From NCBI RefSeq assembly GCF_009914755.1, contig NC_060927.1: DNA of 64,000 nucleotides; one strand, written 5' to 3'. Each line of letters opens with the position of its first letter. Within the stretch, counting starts at the first letter, position 1. Under the pieces are notes generated by a model. The model searched no databases, had not been told where the DNA came from, and saw nothing but the letters and a program-made list of their open reading frames with translations. Both the position numbers and the translations under genes were made by a program. Origin of the DNA: the human T2T-CHM13v2.0 reference genome, Homo sapiens. This document shows, one piece after another, positions 1 to 17,750 of the stretch.

Positions 1-228
1 GTTTTTATGCCTGTTCATAGATAGCACCTTCTCACTGTGTACATACATGGTTGAAGGGGTAAGACTGCTCTCTGGGGCTACTGTTTTAAGGGCACTAATT
101 CCACTCATGAGGGCTCCATCCTCATGATCTAATCACTTCCCAATGACCCCAACTCCTAGTTCCGTCACTTTGGAGATTAGGTTTGAGTATATTAACTTTG
201 GGAAGACACAAACATTCAGACCATAGCA
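1..228 (-). mobile_element. MLT1A/MLT1A0-type MaLR LTR, cut by the window edge
   Basis: Ends in gggaagacacaaacattcagaccatagca, the reverse complement of the MLT1A LTR start; also gagggctccatcctcatgatctaatcacttccc. Confidence 0.8.
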
Positions 229-1820
229 GAGGTGAACTAGTTATAAATTGAAAACTAAAAACATTGCTGAAAGAAATTAAGGAAAGATCTAATTAAAATA
301 AAAAGACATCCCATATTCATGAATTGGAAGACAATATAGTTAAGATGGCAATATTCCTCCAAATGATAGATTTGATGTAGGGATTCAGTGTAATCCCTAT
401 CAAAATTCCAATTACCTTCTCAGTAGAAATGGAAAAGCTGATTCTCAAATTCATATTGAATTTCAGGGGTCCCAGAATAGCCAAAATAATATTGAAAAAG
501 AGATAGAGGACACTTACTTTCTTATTTGAAAACTTACTAAGAAAATACATAATCAAAACAGTGTGATATTGGCATAAGAATAGACATCTGGATCAGTGGA
601 ACAGAATTGAAAGTGTGGAAATAAAACCAAATATCTGTGGCCAATTGATTTTCAACAAGGATGCCAAAACCATTCAATGGTGGAAAGAATAGTTTTTTCA
701 ACAAATGGTACTGGGACAACTGGATAACCACATGGAAAAGAATAAAGATGGATTGCTGCTTCACTCCATATACAAATTTCAACTCACAATGGAACAACAA
801 CCTAAATATAATAGCTAAATGTATAAAAATATTAGAGGAAAACATAGGGGTAAATCTTCATGACCTCAGATTTGTAATAGATTTCTTGACATCAAAACAT
901 GAGCAACAAAAGAAAAAAATGGATAAATTGGACTTCATAAATTTTAAAAACTTCCATTTTTCAAAGGACGCAAGACAATTTAAAGAAAAAACACAGAATG
1001 GGAGGAAATATTTGCAAATCATATATTTGGCAGGAGTTTCGTATTCAGAATACATAAAAATCTCCTGTGACTCCACAACAAAAAAGGCAAACATCCCAAT
1101 TAAAAAAAATGAGCAGTGGACTTGACATTTCCCCAAAAAGATATTCGAGTGGCCAACAAGTACATGAAACTTTCAATTTTCTTGGTTCTTAAGGAAATGC
1201 GAATCAAAACTAAAATGAAATACTATTTTACAGCCTTAAGATGACTATAAATAACAAGCATTAGTGAGAATATGGAGAAATAGAAACTTGTATATTGCTG
1301 ATGAGAATGTAAACTAGTGCAGCCTCTGTGGAAAACAGTTTGGTGGTTTTTCAAACGTTATACATATCATTACCACATGACCCAGAAATTACACTCTTAT
1401 GTATATGCCCAAGAGAAATAAAAATATGTCCACACAGAAACTTATACACAGATGTTCATATCAGGATTATTCATAAAACCAAAAAGCAGAAACAACCCAA
1501 AAGTCCATCTGTAGATGAATAAACAAACTGTGGTATACACATGGAACCGATTATTATTCCACCATAAAAAGCAATGAAATACTGATACATGCTACAACTT
1601 GAACAAACCTTGAAACATGCTAAGTGAAAGAAGCCAGACACAAAAGGTCGCATATAGTATGATTCCTTTTATATCAAATATTAAAAAGAGGCAAGTTTAT
1701 AGAAACAGAAAGTAGATTAGTGATTGCCAGGGGATAGGGACGTGATTAGAATAAATAGATTGTGATTAGAATAGAGACTGATTGTAAGGTGTGTAAATTT
1801 CACCTCAATTAGAAAAAAAA
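229..1820 (+). mobile_element. Old L1 (L1MB-like), ORF2 C-terminal region plus 3' UTR
   Basis: ORF 661-1125 is degenerate ORF2 (SFFNKWYWDNWITTWKRIKMD...KMDKLDFINFKNF); 3' UTR motif gaaagtagattagtgattgccagggg; A-rich end. Confidence 0.85.
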
Positions 1821-1830
1821 ATAAAGAATG

Positions 1831-2530
<700 letters not shown>

Positions 2531-3108
2531 AAGAAGTTATCAATATATGCATAATGGCAACATATATTCATTTAAAATGAAATTGTTTCTACCTTCTTTA
2601 ATCAGAAATAAATTCAGCACAACATTTTTTAAAAGTGTGGAAGTTACTCAGAAGTAAAGTTTACAGAAATTTGGCTTATTTAGCAGGCTATGTCTGAATA
2701 TTTTATTTAAACTCACAGTAACATGATTGTTAATGCTTATAATAAACACCCTGAAGTAATATAATACCTCAGAAAGCTATTTGAATCAAATATCTTGTTC
2801 AGGACAGTTTTTTCCAAACTTTTTATTTCAAAATAATTTTAGATTCACAGGGAAGTTGCAAAAAGTGTACACGGAGTTTTTGTTTAAACTTCACCAAGTT
2901 TTCTTGGATAACATCTTGCAAAATCACAGTGCACTATTCAAACCAGGAAATTGACATTGGAACAATCTACAGAACTTATTCATATTTCACTAGTTTTACA
3001 TGCACTCTTTTGTTTGTTTGTGTGTGTATAATTTGATGTAAATTTTTTACATCTGGGTTCATGTAACTACCACAACAATCAAGATAAAGACCTGTTTCAT
3101 CACCACAG

Positions 3109-4058
3109 TGTGATACTGTGAAATATGTATTTGGCCTTTGTTCCTCATTCCTGAAATCTCCTAAAACACTTGTAGATAGAGGAACTAGGACAATCTTTTA
3201 TTCTAATATTTGGTCTTTCACCCTGGCTCCTAACACAGAGATCCTAAGCCTGAGTGAAAGGAGCATCTGGCATACAGCTCCTAAATGTCTGGAAATTTCC
3301 TAGATGAACAGAAAGAACATCTTTTGTTCTAATGAGGTGACTCTGGGTGGGCTCCTGGATTGTCTCAGGTAAAGGGCTGGTTGCCAGGGGAACCAAGCAG
3401 GTAATTAGCTGGAGTTTTCAGGGGAGAGGAGAGACTAAGGTTGCTGAAGGTTGAGTTGACTACCAATAGCCAGTCGTGTATTCAATCATGCCTCTGTGTT
3501 GAAGTCTCCATAAAACCCCCAAAGGACAGGGTTTGAAGAGCTTCCAGATGGCTGAACATGGGGAGGTACCTGGAGGATGATGCACCCATAGAGGATGTGG
3601 AAGCTCTATGCTCATTCCCACATAGTTTGTCCTACGCATTTCTTCCATTTGGCTGTTTATCTGTATCTTTTGTAATATCTGTTATAATAAATGGGCAAAT
3701 GTAACTAAACTGTTTCCCTGAGTTCTATGAAACACTCTAGCAAATTAATCAAACCCAAGGAGGAAGTCGCAAGAACTCTGATTCATAGCCGGACAGTCAG
3801 AAGCACAGGTCACAACTTGGGGCTTTCGATTGGTGTCTGAAATGGGGGCAGTTTTGTGGGACTGAGTCCTCATCTGTGGGATCTTATGCTATCTCCAGGT
3901 AGACAGTGTCAGAGTTGAGTTAAATTTTAAAACACCCAGTTGGTGTCCACTAGAGAATTGCTTGGTGTATGGGAAGATATCCCCACACATCCAGTGTCAG
4001 AAGTGCTGTGTTGTGTGAGAGCGGAGATTAAAAAAAAAATGGTATTTTTCCACCTACA
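3109..4058. mobile_element. MER21-type solo LTR
   Basis: Begins tgtgatactgtgaaatatgtatttgg and ends ...ca; host L1 sequence (catcaccac|agactcc) resumes after it. Confidence 0.8.
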
Positions 4059-4765
4059 AGACTCCTCTAGGCGACACTTTTATAGCTACAATCACCCACT
4101 CCTTTAACCCTCCTTAACCCTTGGCAACAACTATTCTGTTCTTCATCTCTGTAATTGTGTTATTTCAAGAATGTTATCTAAAAAGAATCATAGGGTACGT
4201 GACATTTTGAGATTAGCTTTTTCTGCTCAGAATAATTCTCTTAAGATCCATTAAAGTTGTTATGTGTATTAACAGTTTGACCTTTTTGTATTTCATGATC
4301 TGGATGTCCACAGTTTGTCTAACCATTCAGCATTGAAGGACATCTGGACAGTTTCCAGTTTTTACAAATAAAGGGCTATGAACAATTGTATACAAGTTTT
4401 TGTGTGAAAATACATGTTCATTTCTCTAGTATAAATGGCCAGAAGTTAATTCTCTAGGTCATATGGTAGTTGCGTGTTTAGTTCTATTAAAAACTGCCTG
4501 ACTGTTTCCAGAGTGTCTGTATCATTTACATTCCCAGCAGCAATGTATGATTGATCCAGTTTTTCCACATCCTCATCAGCATTTAGTGTTACCACTATTT
4601 TTTATTTTAGCCATTCTGATAGGTATGTAGCAGTATCTCATTGTAGTTTTAATTTGCATTTCCCTAAATGGCTAAGGTTATTTATCATCTATATAGCCTC
4701 TCTTCATGTCTTTGGTCCCTTTTCTAACTGGATTTTTTTTAACCATTGAATTTTGAGAGTTCTTT

Positions 4766-5068
<303 letters not shown>

Positions 5069-5642
5069 GAGAGTTCTTTATATATTCTAGATGCAAGGCC
5101 TTTGATGAATATATGGTTTGAAAATATTTTCTCCAGCCTGGAGCATATCTTTTCATTTGCTTCACATGATCTTTCACAGAGCAAAAGTTTTCATTTTGAT
5201 GAGATTCAAATTATCAAATTTTCCTTTTATTTATCATGTTTGTAGTGTCATAAGGCACTTTTTAAAAAGTATATATTTTATACTTTTCTGAAAAATGGAA
5301 AATCTATGTGAAACATAGATGGACACTAAATGAATCCAAATTATGCAAAACATATTATTCCTTTACTACCTTGAGTATTACATATTCAATACTGAATATT
5401 GCATATTGGAGCAACATTTTAAATTACAGATGTTTAATATGACATCGTGCTCATTCTTAACCACATCTTTCAGGAGCACAAAGCAAAAATGAATTTAGTT
5501 GTTCTTAAATAATATCTACAAAATAACTATTGCCAATTCACTGGAAAAAAATGGCAAAAGACTATTTTTAAACAGTATGATTTTTGTCTATGGGAAAATT
5601 ATAATAAGCTAGTTGAAAATGAAAATTTAATTATAATAAGCC

Positions 5643-5824
5643 CAACAAAATATAGGAGTATCAATTAAAGTTGAATTTCAGATAAATAATAGGTATATTT
5701 TTAGTATAAGCATGTCCCAAGTATTTCATGGGACACTTTTAACTCAAAAGTTATTTGCTGTTTTTCTAAAATTAAAATTCATCTGGGTATCCTGTATTTT
5801 TATTTGCTAAATCTAGCAACCTTA
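5643..5824. mobile_element. MER53 palindromic MITE (hAT-like)
   Basis: Imperfect long palindrome centred on atgtcccaagtatttcatgggacac; terminus tgctaaatctagcaacctta. Confidence 0.85.
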
Positions 5825-5999
5825 AATGTAGTATAAATGTTTTAATACAGGAGGTATAATTGGTTATTTATGAAGATCTCACAAATAATATATGTTGAAC
5901 AAATAACTTCTGTACATTTTAACTTTTTTATTAAAATATTTTTTGTTTATTCAATGTAAGTAGCAATCTTAAAAGCATTTACATTAGAATAAAAAATCA

Positions 6000-6140
6000 T
6001 AAAACTAGAATGAACCATCAAGATCGCTCAGTTCAGTTCTCACAATTTATAGATGAGAAAACTGAGACTTAAGAGTCCCACTGTAATTCTAAGGATAAAA
6101 GCTGGAATAGATACCCCCTTCCTAACTCCAATCAGTTTCA
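6000..6140 (-). mobile_element. MIR/MIR3 fragment
   Basis: MIR core tttatagatgagaaaactgagact. Confidence 0.6.
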
Positions 6141-7884
6141 AAATTCCTTCACAACCTTAAAATGTATGAAGAGCGTAAGCATTTTATAGCCTATGCTACT
6201 TAGGGTCCCAATAATTTGGAGCCATTGGATATTTCCCAAGACTTGACAGAACTCACTGTGTCTATATAGAAATCTAAATTAATATATCAAGTAAGTAGAG
6301 AAAACTAAAATATAAATGCTAGCTTCTATCAAGTTAATATTTGCTTTGGGAAGGGACAGATATTTCTTAAGATGTGTTAATGAAATTATTGGAGGTTCCA
6401 AATGTGAGGGCAAAAAACAAAAGCCTCTTTAGTTTGTTTTCTATCACTAAAATTACTATCACTAAATGTAGAAATAAGAATCAAAAGAAGAATAATTTTA
6501 GCAAAGACATTTTCTATAGCTAAGGGTATTCTGCATGGCACATATACGGCATGACTTGTTAAGGGATTGCAGGGGAATACTCTCTTCTATTCTCTCTCTT
6601 GGTCCAATGTCTTTTCTTTCTGAAATATTTTTAAAAATCTCTCCATTCCTGTGAAAAGACATATTAGCAAAAGACTTCAGAGACATAATACAAAGTCTCT
6701 AAGAAGCACACACATTCTTTTAATATATGCTGTAGTTATTAAGTCAGCCAAGACTCAATGTATTAAATGTTCTTTATAAATATTCATGGGCTCACAGCTA
6801 TAAAAAAAACTGGAGAAAGGGTTAAAAATGTGCAAGAAGAATTCAGTTTGGTGAAATGCAGAACTGTAAAATAAAAGCAGCCAGACACTGGAGAGTAAGA
6901 GATGATAAAAGAAGCAAAGCTGTAAAGGTCAGGTCAAATTGTGAGATGAAGTAATGATGGGTTATTGAGCCTCTACAAATCTGCAGGGGAAAAACTCTGG
7001 CTGTGGAGCGTGGGAGGCAATGTTTTCTGCAGCCATCACTCAAAAGAAATATAAAGTTTACATCACCTCAAATGCTAAACTCATTTGTATTTATTCACAT
7101 GATTTTCCTCTGTGTATTTCTGCTTCGCATACACATATTCTTCCGAAAGAAAACAAAGACTATGTTCTTTTTATGCTTTTTCAGTTTATCCTTTCTTTCC
7201 TCTTCTTCAAAATTAGGAATTTAGCTTTCCTAGCACTTTGTGGAATGCATCTTGTCCTTGTACAGGGAGACCTAGCTAACTGAAGGAACAGTTAGTTTTT
7301 TGGCTTTTGGCTGATTAAGGGACAGTTGAGACATACAGCAATTGCACCTCTGTCTCTGGGGAGTTGCCACTCATTCCAGTCAAACCACTTCTTATGTGTT
7401 TTGATTTTTTTATTGGGGTTTAGGACAGACAGAGAAGCCATATTGTTAGGTTTCTCAAATCTATAGGGTTTAAGCTGTCTTGTCCTTCCTCATCTGGACA
7501 TTTAATTCAAAAAAAGAGTTTGGAAAGAATCCTAAAAGCGTCACCTTTCAAATTTGCATATCATGTCTTCTCATTTCTTTCTCAATTAATGTGAATCTCT
7601 GGGCAAAGCCATATTTATTTTATTGAGGAATTTCTGTGGCAAGAAAGACATGATTAAAACTGTATATATATATATTTTTAACTCTGTCATTTATTTTTCT
7701 GTCCCTTGGGAAGCCATTGTATATTTTTAAATATGATTTCTGAATATGATACAAAAAAGGAAAAAATATACTCTTATTATTTCTCCTTTTCCTTTAACTT
7801 TCAACATCACTTTGACTGCCCTCATCATTGCTAAAATGAGACTTAAAGTGTCAGAGGACAAGGAAGGAGATTGTGCAAATAGTA

Positions 7885-8189
<305 letters not shown>

Positions 8190-8722
8190 TGGTATTTATT
8201 TTTGTATTTTAAGTTTTTCTGTTGAATCGAAAACTAAGCATAATGTAATAACGGTTTAGCATTAGAAATCACTGGCATAACTACATTTCTAGGGTCTAAA
8301 ATATATATATTTTTAAATATTACAATTGTACAAAATTATGGAAAATGCATGATATCGGGAAGTAAGGCACGATTAGATTGAAAGTGTAATAAATGTTGAA
8401 GATTAGGGTCAAGAATTCTCTGAAACAGGTTTCTGTACATGTAGCCACTTTAATTGAAATATTAAGTATATACCAGCTGAAGTCATAAATGTTGTCGTTA
8501 ATATGCCAGTAAATGTATTAGATGACTCAGCTGATGCTCAAAGCACCTGCAACAAAGCATTTTTCTTCTATTGACATATCACTTTTTCTGTTATTTTCAA
8601 ACAAATAAAAGTTTAAAATTAAATGATTATTAGCATAAAAATGTGAAAAATTCCTAACTGGACAGCAGAAAACTCTATTTTAATAAATTTAGAGTGGCTA
8701 GTAGGAGAGAAGATTCATCTAA

Positions 8723-8888
8723 CAAAGTCTTTCTCAATTTTTACTGTGTAAACAAATCACCAGAGATCTTTTTAAAATGAAGATTCTGAGTCAGTGACCT
8801 GGAGAAGAAGCTGAGATTCTGCATTTCTGGCAGGCTCCCAGCATATGCCAATGCTGCTCGTCCTGGGATCATGCTTTGAATGTCAGGG
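8723..8888. mobile_element. MER5A (hAT-Charlie MITE)
   Basis: aaaatgaagattctgagtcagtgacctggag...gagattctgcatttctggcaggctccca. Confidence 0.8.
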
Positions 8889-9260
8889 ATCACAAAACAA
8901 AGATGTTAATAAAATGCTAACATATGTAAAGAAGAACCATATTACAAATAGGCTAACGCTAACATTTGTTTTACTTTATGATAATGAAGAGAGCATAGTT
9001 TGAAAATTCTTGTTATGAAAACATTAAAAATTATTATGTAGGGAATTTTTAGTTTCAATCATTTTATATTGATTGCTCTCTTTTAATAGCTAGAATATTT
9101 TGTTTCTTTATGAACATGGACAGTGAAGGACAAGCTGACGTCACATATACAATATTAGGATCTGGATATATGAGTCCAAGTAATATGTATACTGATTATT
9201 GACTGTAAAAATTTGACTGAATTAAAAAAATGTTTTTGTCTTCCAGATACAGGATATGAT

Positions 9261-9473
9261 ATAGAGTTCTCAACCAGGAGTGATTTGCCCCCCAAGAAAT
9301 ATTTGGCAATATCCAAAGATATTTTTGGTTGTCACAGTTCAAGGGAGTGGGCAGGGAAGTTTACTGCTGGCAACTAATAGGGTAGAGTCCAGAGATGCTG
9401 CTAAACATCCTACAGTGCTCCCAACAAAAAGTTATTCAGACAAAATGTAAATAGTAATAAGTTAAGAAACTCT
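9261..9473. mobile_element. MER20 (hAT-Charlie)
   Basis: gttctcaaccaggagtgatttgccccc...gatgctgctaaacatcctacagtgc...ttaagaaactctg. Confidence 0.85.
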
Positions 9474-10347
9474 GATGTAGAGGATAAGAGAGGCATAAGA
9501 TATGATGTTTCTGATTCAGGGTTGTGGAGCTCTTTAAGGATGTAAGATTAATCTAAATGAAATAATTACTGAGCAAGTCTCAAACAGTGTGGTATATAGA
9601 GAAGAAAGAACAGAGCAGGACAGTGGGAGGCATCCATGTGCCGAGTAGTAAGAACAATTTGTGGAAGAGGCACTGTGGAAGACAGATGGGTAGGATTTAC
9701 TTTAATGAATAATAATGGAACAAAAGAATTATACCTTTCCCCTTTCTAAGAAAGTAAAGATGCTTGTTGTCTTCAAAACTGAGATTGTTAGCTTACCTTA
9801 AACAAGTTTTGAGAATTAGATTTTAAATATTTTTTATTGAAGGCATTTGAAACCCCAGTTTAATGGCTATGCAGCTATTGACTACAAATGCATTATGAAC
9901 ACATTCACAGTCCTACCCCTCTTTCATCTAACAATATTGCAACTTCCTAAAGAATGTTATTCCCAGTGGAAACACTGAATAAAACAAAATATTTGCTAGA
10001 AGTAGAAAACTGACAACTTTAAGTTATATGTGCAATTGATTAGTTTTCATTACATTTCTAATACTTCCATTGAAATATAAACATCTTGGGGGAAAAAGAA
10101 AAAGCCTCATCATGGGGAATTGGTAGAGTGGTGAAGTTGTGTTTTCTTCTTATGTAGTAATTTGACTGTTATTCCTGAGAGACATCATATTGTTTATAAT
10201 AAATTTATAAATATTGTATGTGTTAAATATTATATATGAACGTATATATGAAAACTCATTTTAAATAATAGATTTATATTGTGACATCATGCCCCTACTC
10301 TCTAAGATATTTAGAAAATATGCTATGGACGAAGAACATTTGAAATA

Positions 10348-11029
10348 AAGTTGACCTTCATTATTTGTAGATTTCATGTTGGCTAATTCACCTACTCACT
10401 AAAATTTATTTGTACCCTAGAATCAATAATCACAGCATTTTTGTGTTATTTTTGAACATGTGCAGAGCACAAAAAATTTGAGTTGCCTAACATGAACGTT
10501 TACAGCTTTGGTGGAACAAAGCAATATTCTGCATTCTTGTTTCAGCTCAAATACCATGAACAAATGTCCTTTTTGCAGTCTATTTAGTGCCAGATTTTTT
10601 GCATGATTTTGGATCTGTCGATTTCGCTTTGTAAAATGGCCCACATGTGCGGTGCTGAAGTGCTGTCTAGTTCCAAAGCACAAGAAGGCTGTGATGTACC
10701 TTACGGAGAAAATGCATGTGTTGGATAATCTGCATTTAGATATGAGTTATCTAAATGTAGATAAATCTATTATTTAATCTATTATTAAAATTTTTTAAAT
10801 AACTTTTTTAAAAAAATTAGTGAATCAACTATATATTAAACAAGGTGTCTTTAAACAGAAACACACATAAAACAAAGTTATATTTTCACCTGTTGATGAA
10901 AGTATTGTAACGAGAGACTCACAGGAACCTAACTCTGTGTTTCCTCTAGGAGAAATGCTTCAGTATTGGCTAATTCAGTGTTTGAGGGGACTTCATGGAA
11001 CACAAGTAACCAGAAATAAGAATTGACTG
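10348..11029. mobile_element. MER82 (TcMar-Tigger non-autonomous element)
   Basis: TA-flanked, with termini aagttgaccttcattattt and aataagaattgactg; internal gtgctgaagtgctgtctag...aagaaggctgtgatgt. Confidence 0.8.
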
Positions 11030-11069
11030 TATTGATATTATATATTTTTTAATAGAATAAACAAGAACC

Positions 11070-11595
11070 TCATCACCTGCATCATGAACCAGATGGTATC
11101 AAGTCTGGCTTGGGTTATTGCAATACCTTCTAATTGGTGTTGTTTTCACTCTTGTCTCTTATGCCTATTCTCCACAGAGGAGATTTTAAGTCAGGTATGT
11201 TAGTGCTCTGCTCAAAGCCATGCAGTGGTTTTCCCATCTTTCTTAGGACAAAGCTCAAAGTCCTTAGGATTGACTCTGAGGCTGTCTCCCATACCCTGGC
11301 TACACCGCTTTACCTATCAGACCTTATTTCCTACACGTTGCTTCCCTTTGCTTACTCCCGTTCAGCCCCTCTGGTTTCCTTGCTCTTTCTTCCTTGCTCT
11401 ACATGGCTTACTCCCTCCCCACTTCGAATTCTTTGATTTTTTTTCTCAGCAAGGCTTTCTCTGAGTACCATGTCCAGAATTGCAAACTTCTTCTCTCTTA
11501 CCCCATATTCTGTATTTCCTTTTCTGCCTTTTTTCTGTAGCACTTAGCATCTTCTAATATGTTTTAAATTTTATTTGTTACTTTTATCTGCAGCT
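11070..11595 (+). mobile_element. L2 3' region fragment
   Basis: ttattgcaataccttctaattggt...cctattctccacag...gcacttagcatcttctaat is typical of L2. Confidence 0.7.
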
Positions 11596-11874
11596 AAAAT
11601 TGAGAAAGAATATACTTCAGAAAAGAAAATAACATTTTTTAACCTAATTTTGGTAATCTTGCAAAAATTAGGCTCTTTAATGTTCACCAGCTCATAGTTA
11701 TAACAAGTAATTATTATGAAATTCAAATAGTTATTGCCCAAATTAACTATACTTTTGCATTTACTATTTAAAACATGATATTATGATGCATGAACTATAT
11801 CTACATACATAGTACACTTTTACACTTACAAAATAATTAAGTAATTTTAGTTTGGGGAATGGAATAATCACCAC

Positions 11875-12076
11875 ACATATGCTGAAGACTCCAAAATCCA
11901 TGTCTCCAGTTCTGTGACCTCTACTGAGCTAAGCTGCCTCATTGATGTTGTTATTTGGAAATATCACAGCACCTCAAGCGCCACACATCCCCAAAGCAGT
12001 CTACTGTCTTCTATACATAAAATGTGTTTTTTATCTGTACCTCTCTCCCACTGAGTAGCTATTTTATCTGCCTAGT
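11875..12076 (+). mobile_element. L2 fragment; continues at 15786
   Basis: tatgctgaagactccaaaatccatgtctccag...acagcacctcaag. Confidence 0.65.
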
Positions 12077-15040
<2,964 letters not shown>

Positions 15041-15784
15041 TTAACTTCCAGGATACATGTGTAGGATGTGCAGCTTTGTTACATAGGTAAACATGTGCCA
15101 TGGTGGTTTGCTGCACCTATCAACCCATCACCTAGTTATTAAGCCCCACATGTATTAGCTATTTATCATGATGCTCTCCCTACCCAAACCCCCACAACAG
15201 GTCCCAGTATGTGTTGTTCCCCTCCCTGTATTTATGTGTTCTCATTGTTCAGCTCCCACTTATAAATGAGAATGTGCAGTCTTTGGTTTTCTGTTCCTGT
15301 GTTAGTTTGCTGAGGATAATAGCTCCCAGCTCCATACATGTCCCTGAAAAGGACATGATCTCAATCCTCTTTATGGCTGCATAGTATTCCATGGTGTATA
15401 TGTACCATATTTTCTTTATCCAATCTATCATTGATGGGCATTTGGGTTGATTCCATGTCTTTGCTATTGTGAATAGTGCTGCAATGAACATATGCATGCA
15501 TGTATCTTTATAACAGAATGATTTATATTCCTTTGGGTACATAGACAGTAATGGGATTGCTGGGTCAAATGGCATTTTCGGTTCTAGGTCTTTGAGGAAT
15601 CGCCACACTGTCTTTCACAATGTTTGAACTAATTTACATTCCCACCAACAGTGTGAAAGCATTCCTATTTCCCCACAGCCTTGCCAGCATCTGTTGTTTT
15701 TTGACTTTTTAATAATCATTCTGACTGGCATGAGAGGGTATCTCATTGTGGTTTTAATTTGCATTTCTGTAATGGTCAGTGATG
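15041..15784 (-). mobile_element. Older L1PA (roughly PA8-PA11) 3' fragment
   Basis: 3' UTR tacataggtaaacatgtgccatggtggtttgctgcacctatcaaccc; ORF2 C-terminus at 15249-15608. Confidence 0.9.
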
Positions 15785-15785
15785 T

Positions 15786-16520
15786 ATTTGCCCAGCTTCT
15801 TAAACCTGAAGTCTCTCCACTATTCTTTCCTTTTGCTGTTTGCATCAAATCAAATATCAGTTCTTGTAGATCTCATCCTTTCCACCAGTCCTGTTTTCTC
15901 CATCGTTATAGTCTGTCTTTGGTCCAGGCTCTCATTATTGACTTGCTAGAGTCCCTGCCTCTAGACAATGCTGCCTCCCAATCAGTGCATACTGTTGTTT
16001 TAAAATACGTATATCTTATAATGTCTCTCTTTGTTTTAAAAACTTACAATGGTTTTCTGTTTCACCAGAGATGAAGCTTAAATTTCTAACAAAGACATTC
16101 ATTTTATTTTTCTTTTTTCAGCCTTTAAACATTTGCTTTTCTTTTTTAACCTCTTTCTTACTACAACAAACTTCTTTCAATATCTTTAAAGCGAGACATG
16201 GTTTCTCTTGACTAGAGACTTGTGCACGGTTTCTCTTGATTAGAGACTTTGCCTGGAATTCAATCCCCAAATCCCTCAGCGTTGTTTACTCTACTACTTA
16301 ACTGGCAGCTTAATCTCAGCTTAAATGTAGCCTGACTTCCCTAGACTAGATTAGGTGGTTCTGCTGTTTCCATAGCATCCTATAGTACTTAACACACTTC
16401 ATTGGTACTACTTGTTGAGCTCTCTGCAAGCACAAGAACTCCATGGGTCTGTCTCTAGTGCTTAACATACTGTCCAGCACATATTATGTACTCAGCATAT
16501 ATTTGATTGACTGAAAAAAA
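15786..16520 (+). mobile_element. L2 3' region
   Basis: tggtccaggctctcatt...tactcagcatatatttgattgactgaa is an L2 3' terminus. Confidence 0.7.
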
Positions 16521-16931
16521 TAGAAAAATGGTAACACAAATGCTTTAAAACATGTTTTCAAAAAATTGTGAAAGGCATTGGAAAATGTGTCAGTAAAATA
16601 GTATAAAGTACATGCTATAAAATTAGATAGTGTGATTTAATTTTGTAAAATAAGAAATATTTTGTACACTGAAAAAAGATCTAAAGTATACCAAAATGTT
16701 CATAGAGAATAAGTTTTGTTGGCAAAAATGTATGTAATTTTTTTCTCATATACTTTTTTCAATTTTGTAGAGTAAGTGTGATCTGTTCTATGATTAGAAA
16801 AAATAAATTACTTTAAAAGGAAAATCAGTCTTCTTTTCTCTATTCTATGAAAGATATAAGAAGGATTTTAAAAAATTATTTTACAATTTATTCTTTTAGT
16901 CATTTTTGATGGAAGGTGATGGAAGATTTTG

Positions 16932-16933
<2 letters not shown>

Positions 16934-16965
<32 letters not shown>

Positions 16966-17235
16966 AGACGATGTCTTGCTCTGTTGCCCAGGCTGGAGTG
17001 CAGTGTCATGATGTTGGCTCACTGCAACCTCCACCTACTGGGTTTAAGTGATTTTCCTGCCTCAGCCTCTTGAGTAGCTGGGATTATAGGCATGCACCAC
17101 CATGCCTGGCTAAGTTTTGTATTTTTAGTAGAGACAGGTTTTCACCATGTTGGTCAGGCTGGTCTTGAACTCCAGAACTCGTGATCCGCCTGCCTCAGCC
17201 TCCCAAAGTGCTGGGATTACAGGTGTGAGTCACCG
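16934..17235 (-). mobile_element. AluSg-like element lacking its first ~9 nt, with a pure T31 tail
   Basis: Dimeric Alu; T run at 16934-16964. Confidence 0.95.
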
Positions 17236-17624
17236 GGTTTTATCATTTTTAATTCTCTTTTTGACCCATAAAACATGTTTTAAACTATGATTAGAAATAT
17301 TTGCTAAAATAACTCCTCCTAGACTTGGAGACACCCATAAGCACTAATGGAATAATCCTGTTCTAACTGACCTGTAGTTTTTTAAAGAACTATTTTTCTC
17401 CCAAGTAATTACTTCTGAAAACATTCAAAGGGTTTAGAATTTTTTCCTCAATATCCAAATTTAAAGAAGGTAAAATTACAAAAAATACATCATCTTTGCT
17501 ACCTCACAACTCAGCAATTCTGGCTGGCTTATTAATCTTTCAACCCTCTCTTCTTTTTTATCTCTCAATTACATATTACAAATTATTTTGAAATGAAAAA
17601 TATATTCTTTATTGAGGTTAATTT

Positions 17625-17750
17625 TAACTTGTTTATTCCACAAATGTTTGTAGAGCACCTTCATATGCTTGGCAGAGTGTATGCTCTGAGAATGCAAAGT
17701 GAATAAGATATAGTCTCTGTCTTTCAGACACAGTCTATTGTGGGAGAAAT
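17625..17750 (-). mobile_element. L2 3' end fragment
   Basis: tttattccacaaatgtttgtagagcacc...gtgaataagatatagtctctgtc. Confidence 0.6.

Noticed and set aside
7272-7302. Hairpin plus T run resembling an intrinsic terminator
   Set aside because: Short AT-rich stem expected by chance; no Pol III gene upstream; eukaryotic DNA.
17226-17245. Two Alus (ending near 17235 and 47526) both lack the first 9 nt
   Set aside because: Short 5' truncations are common, and the two belong to different subfamilies.
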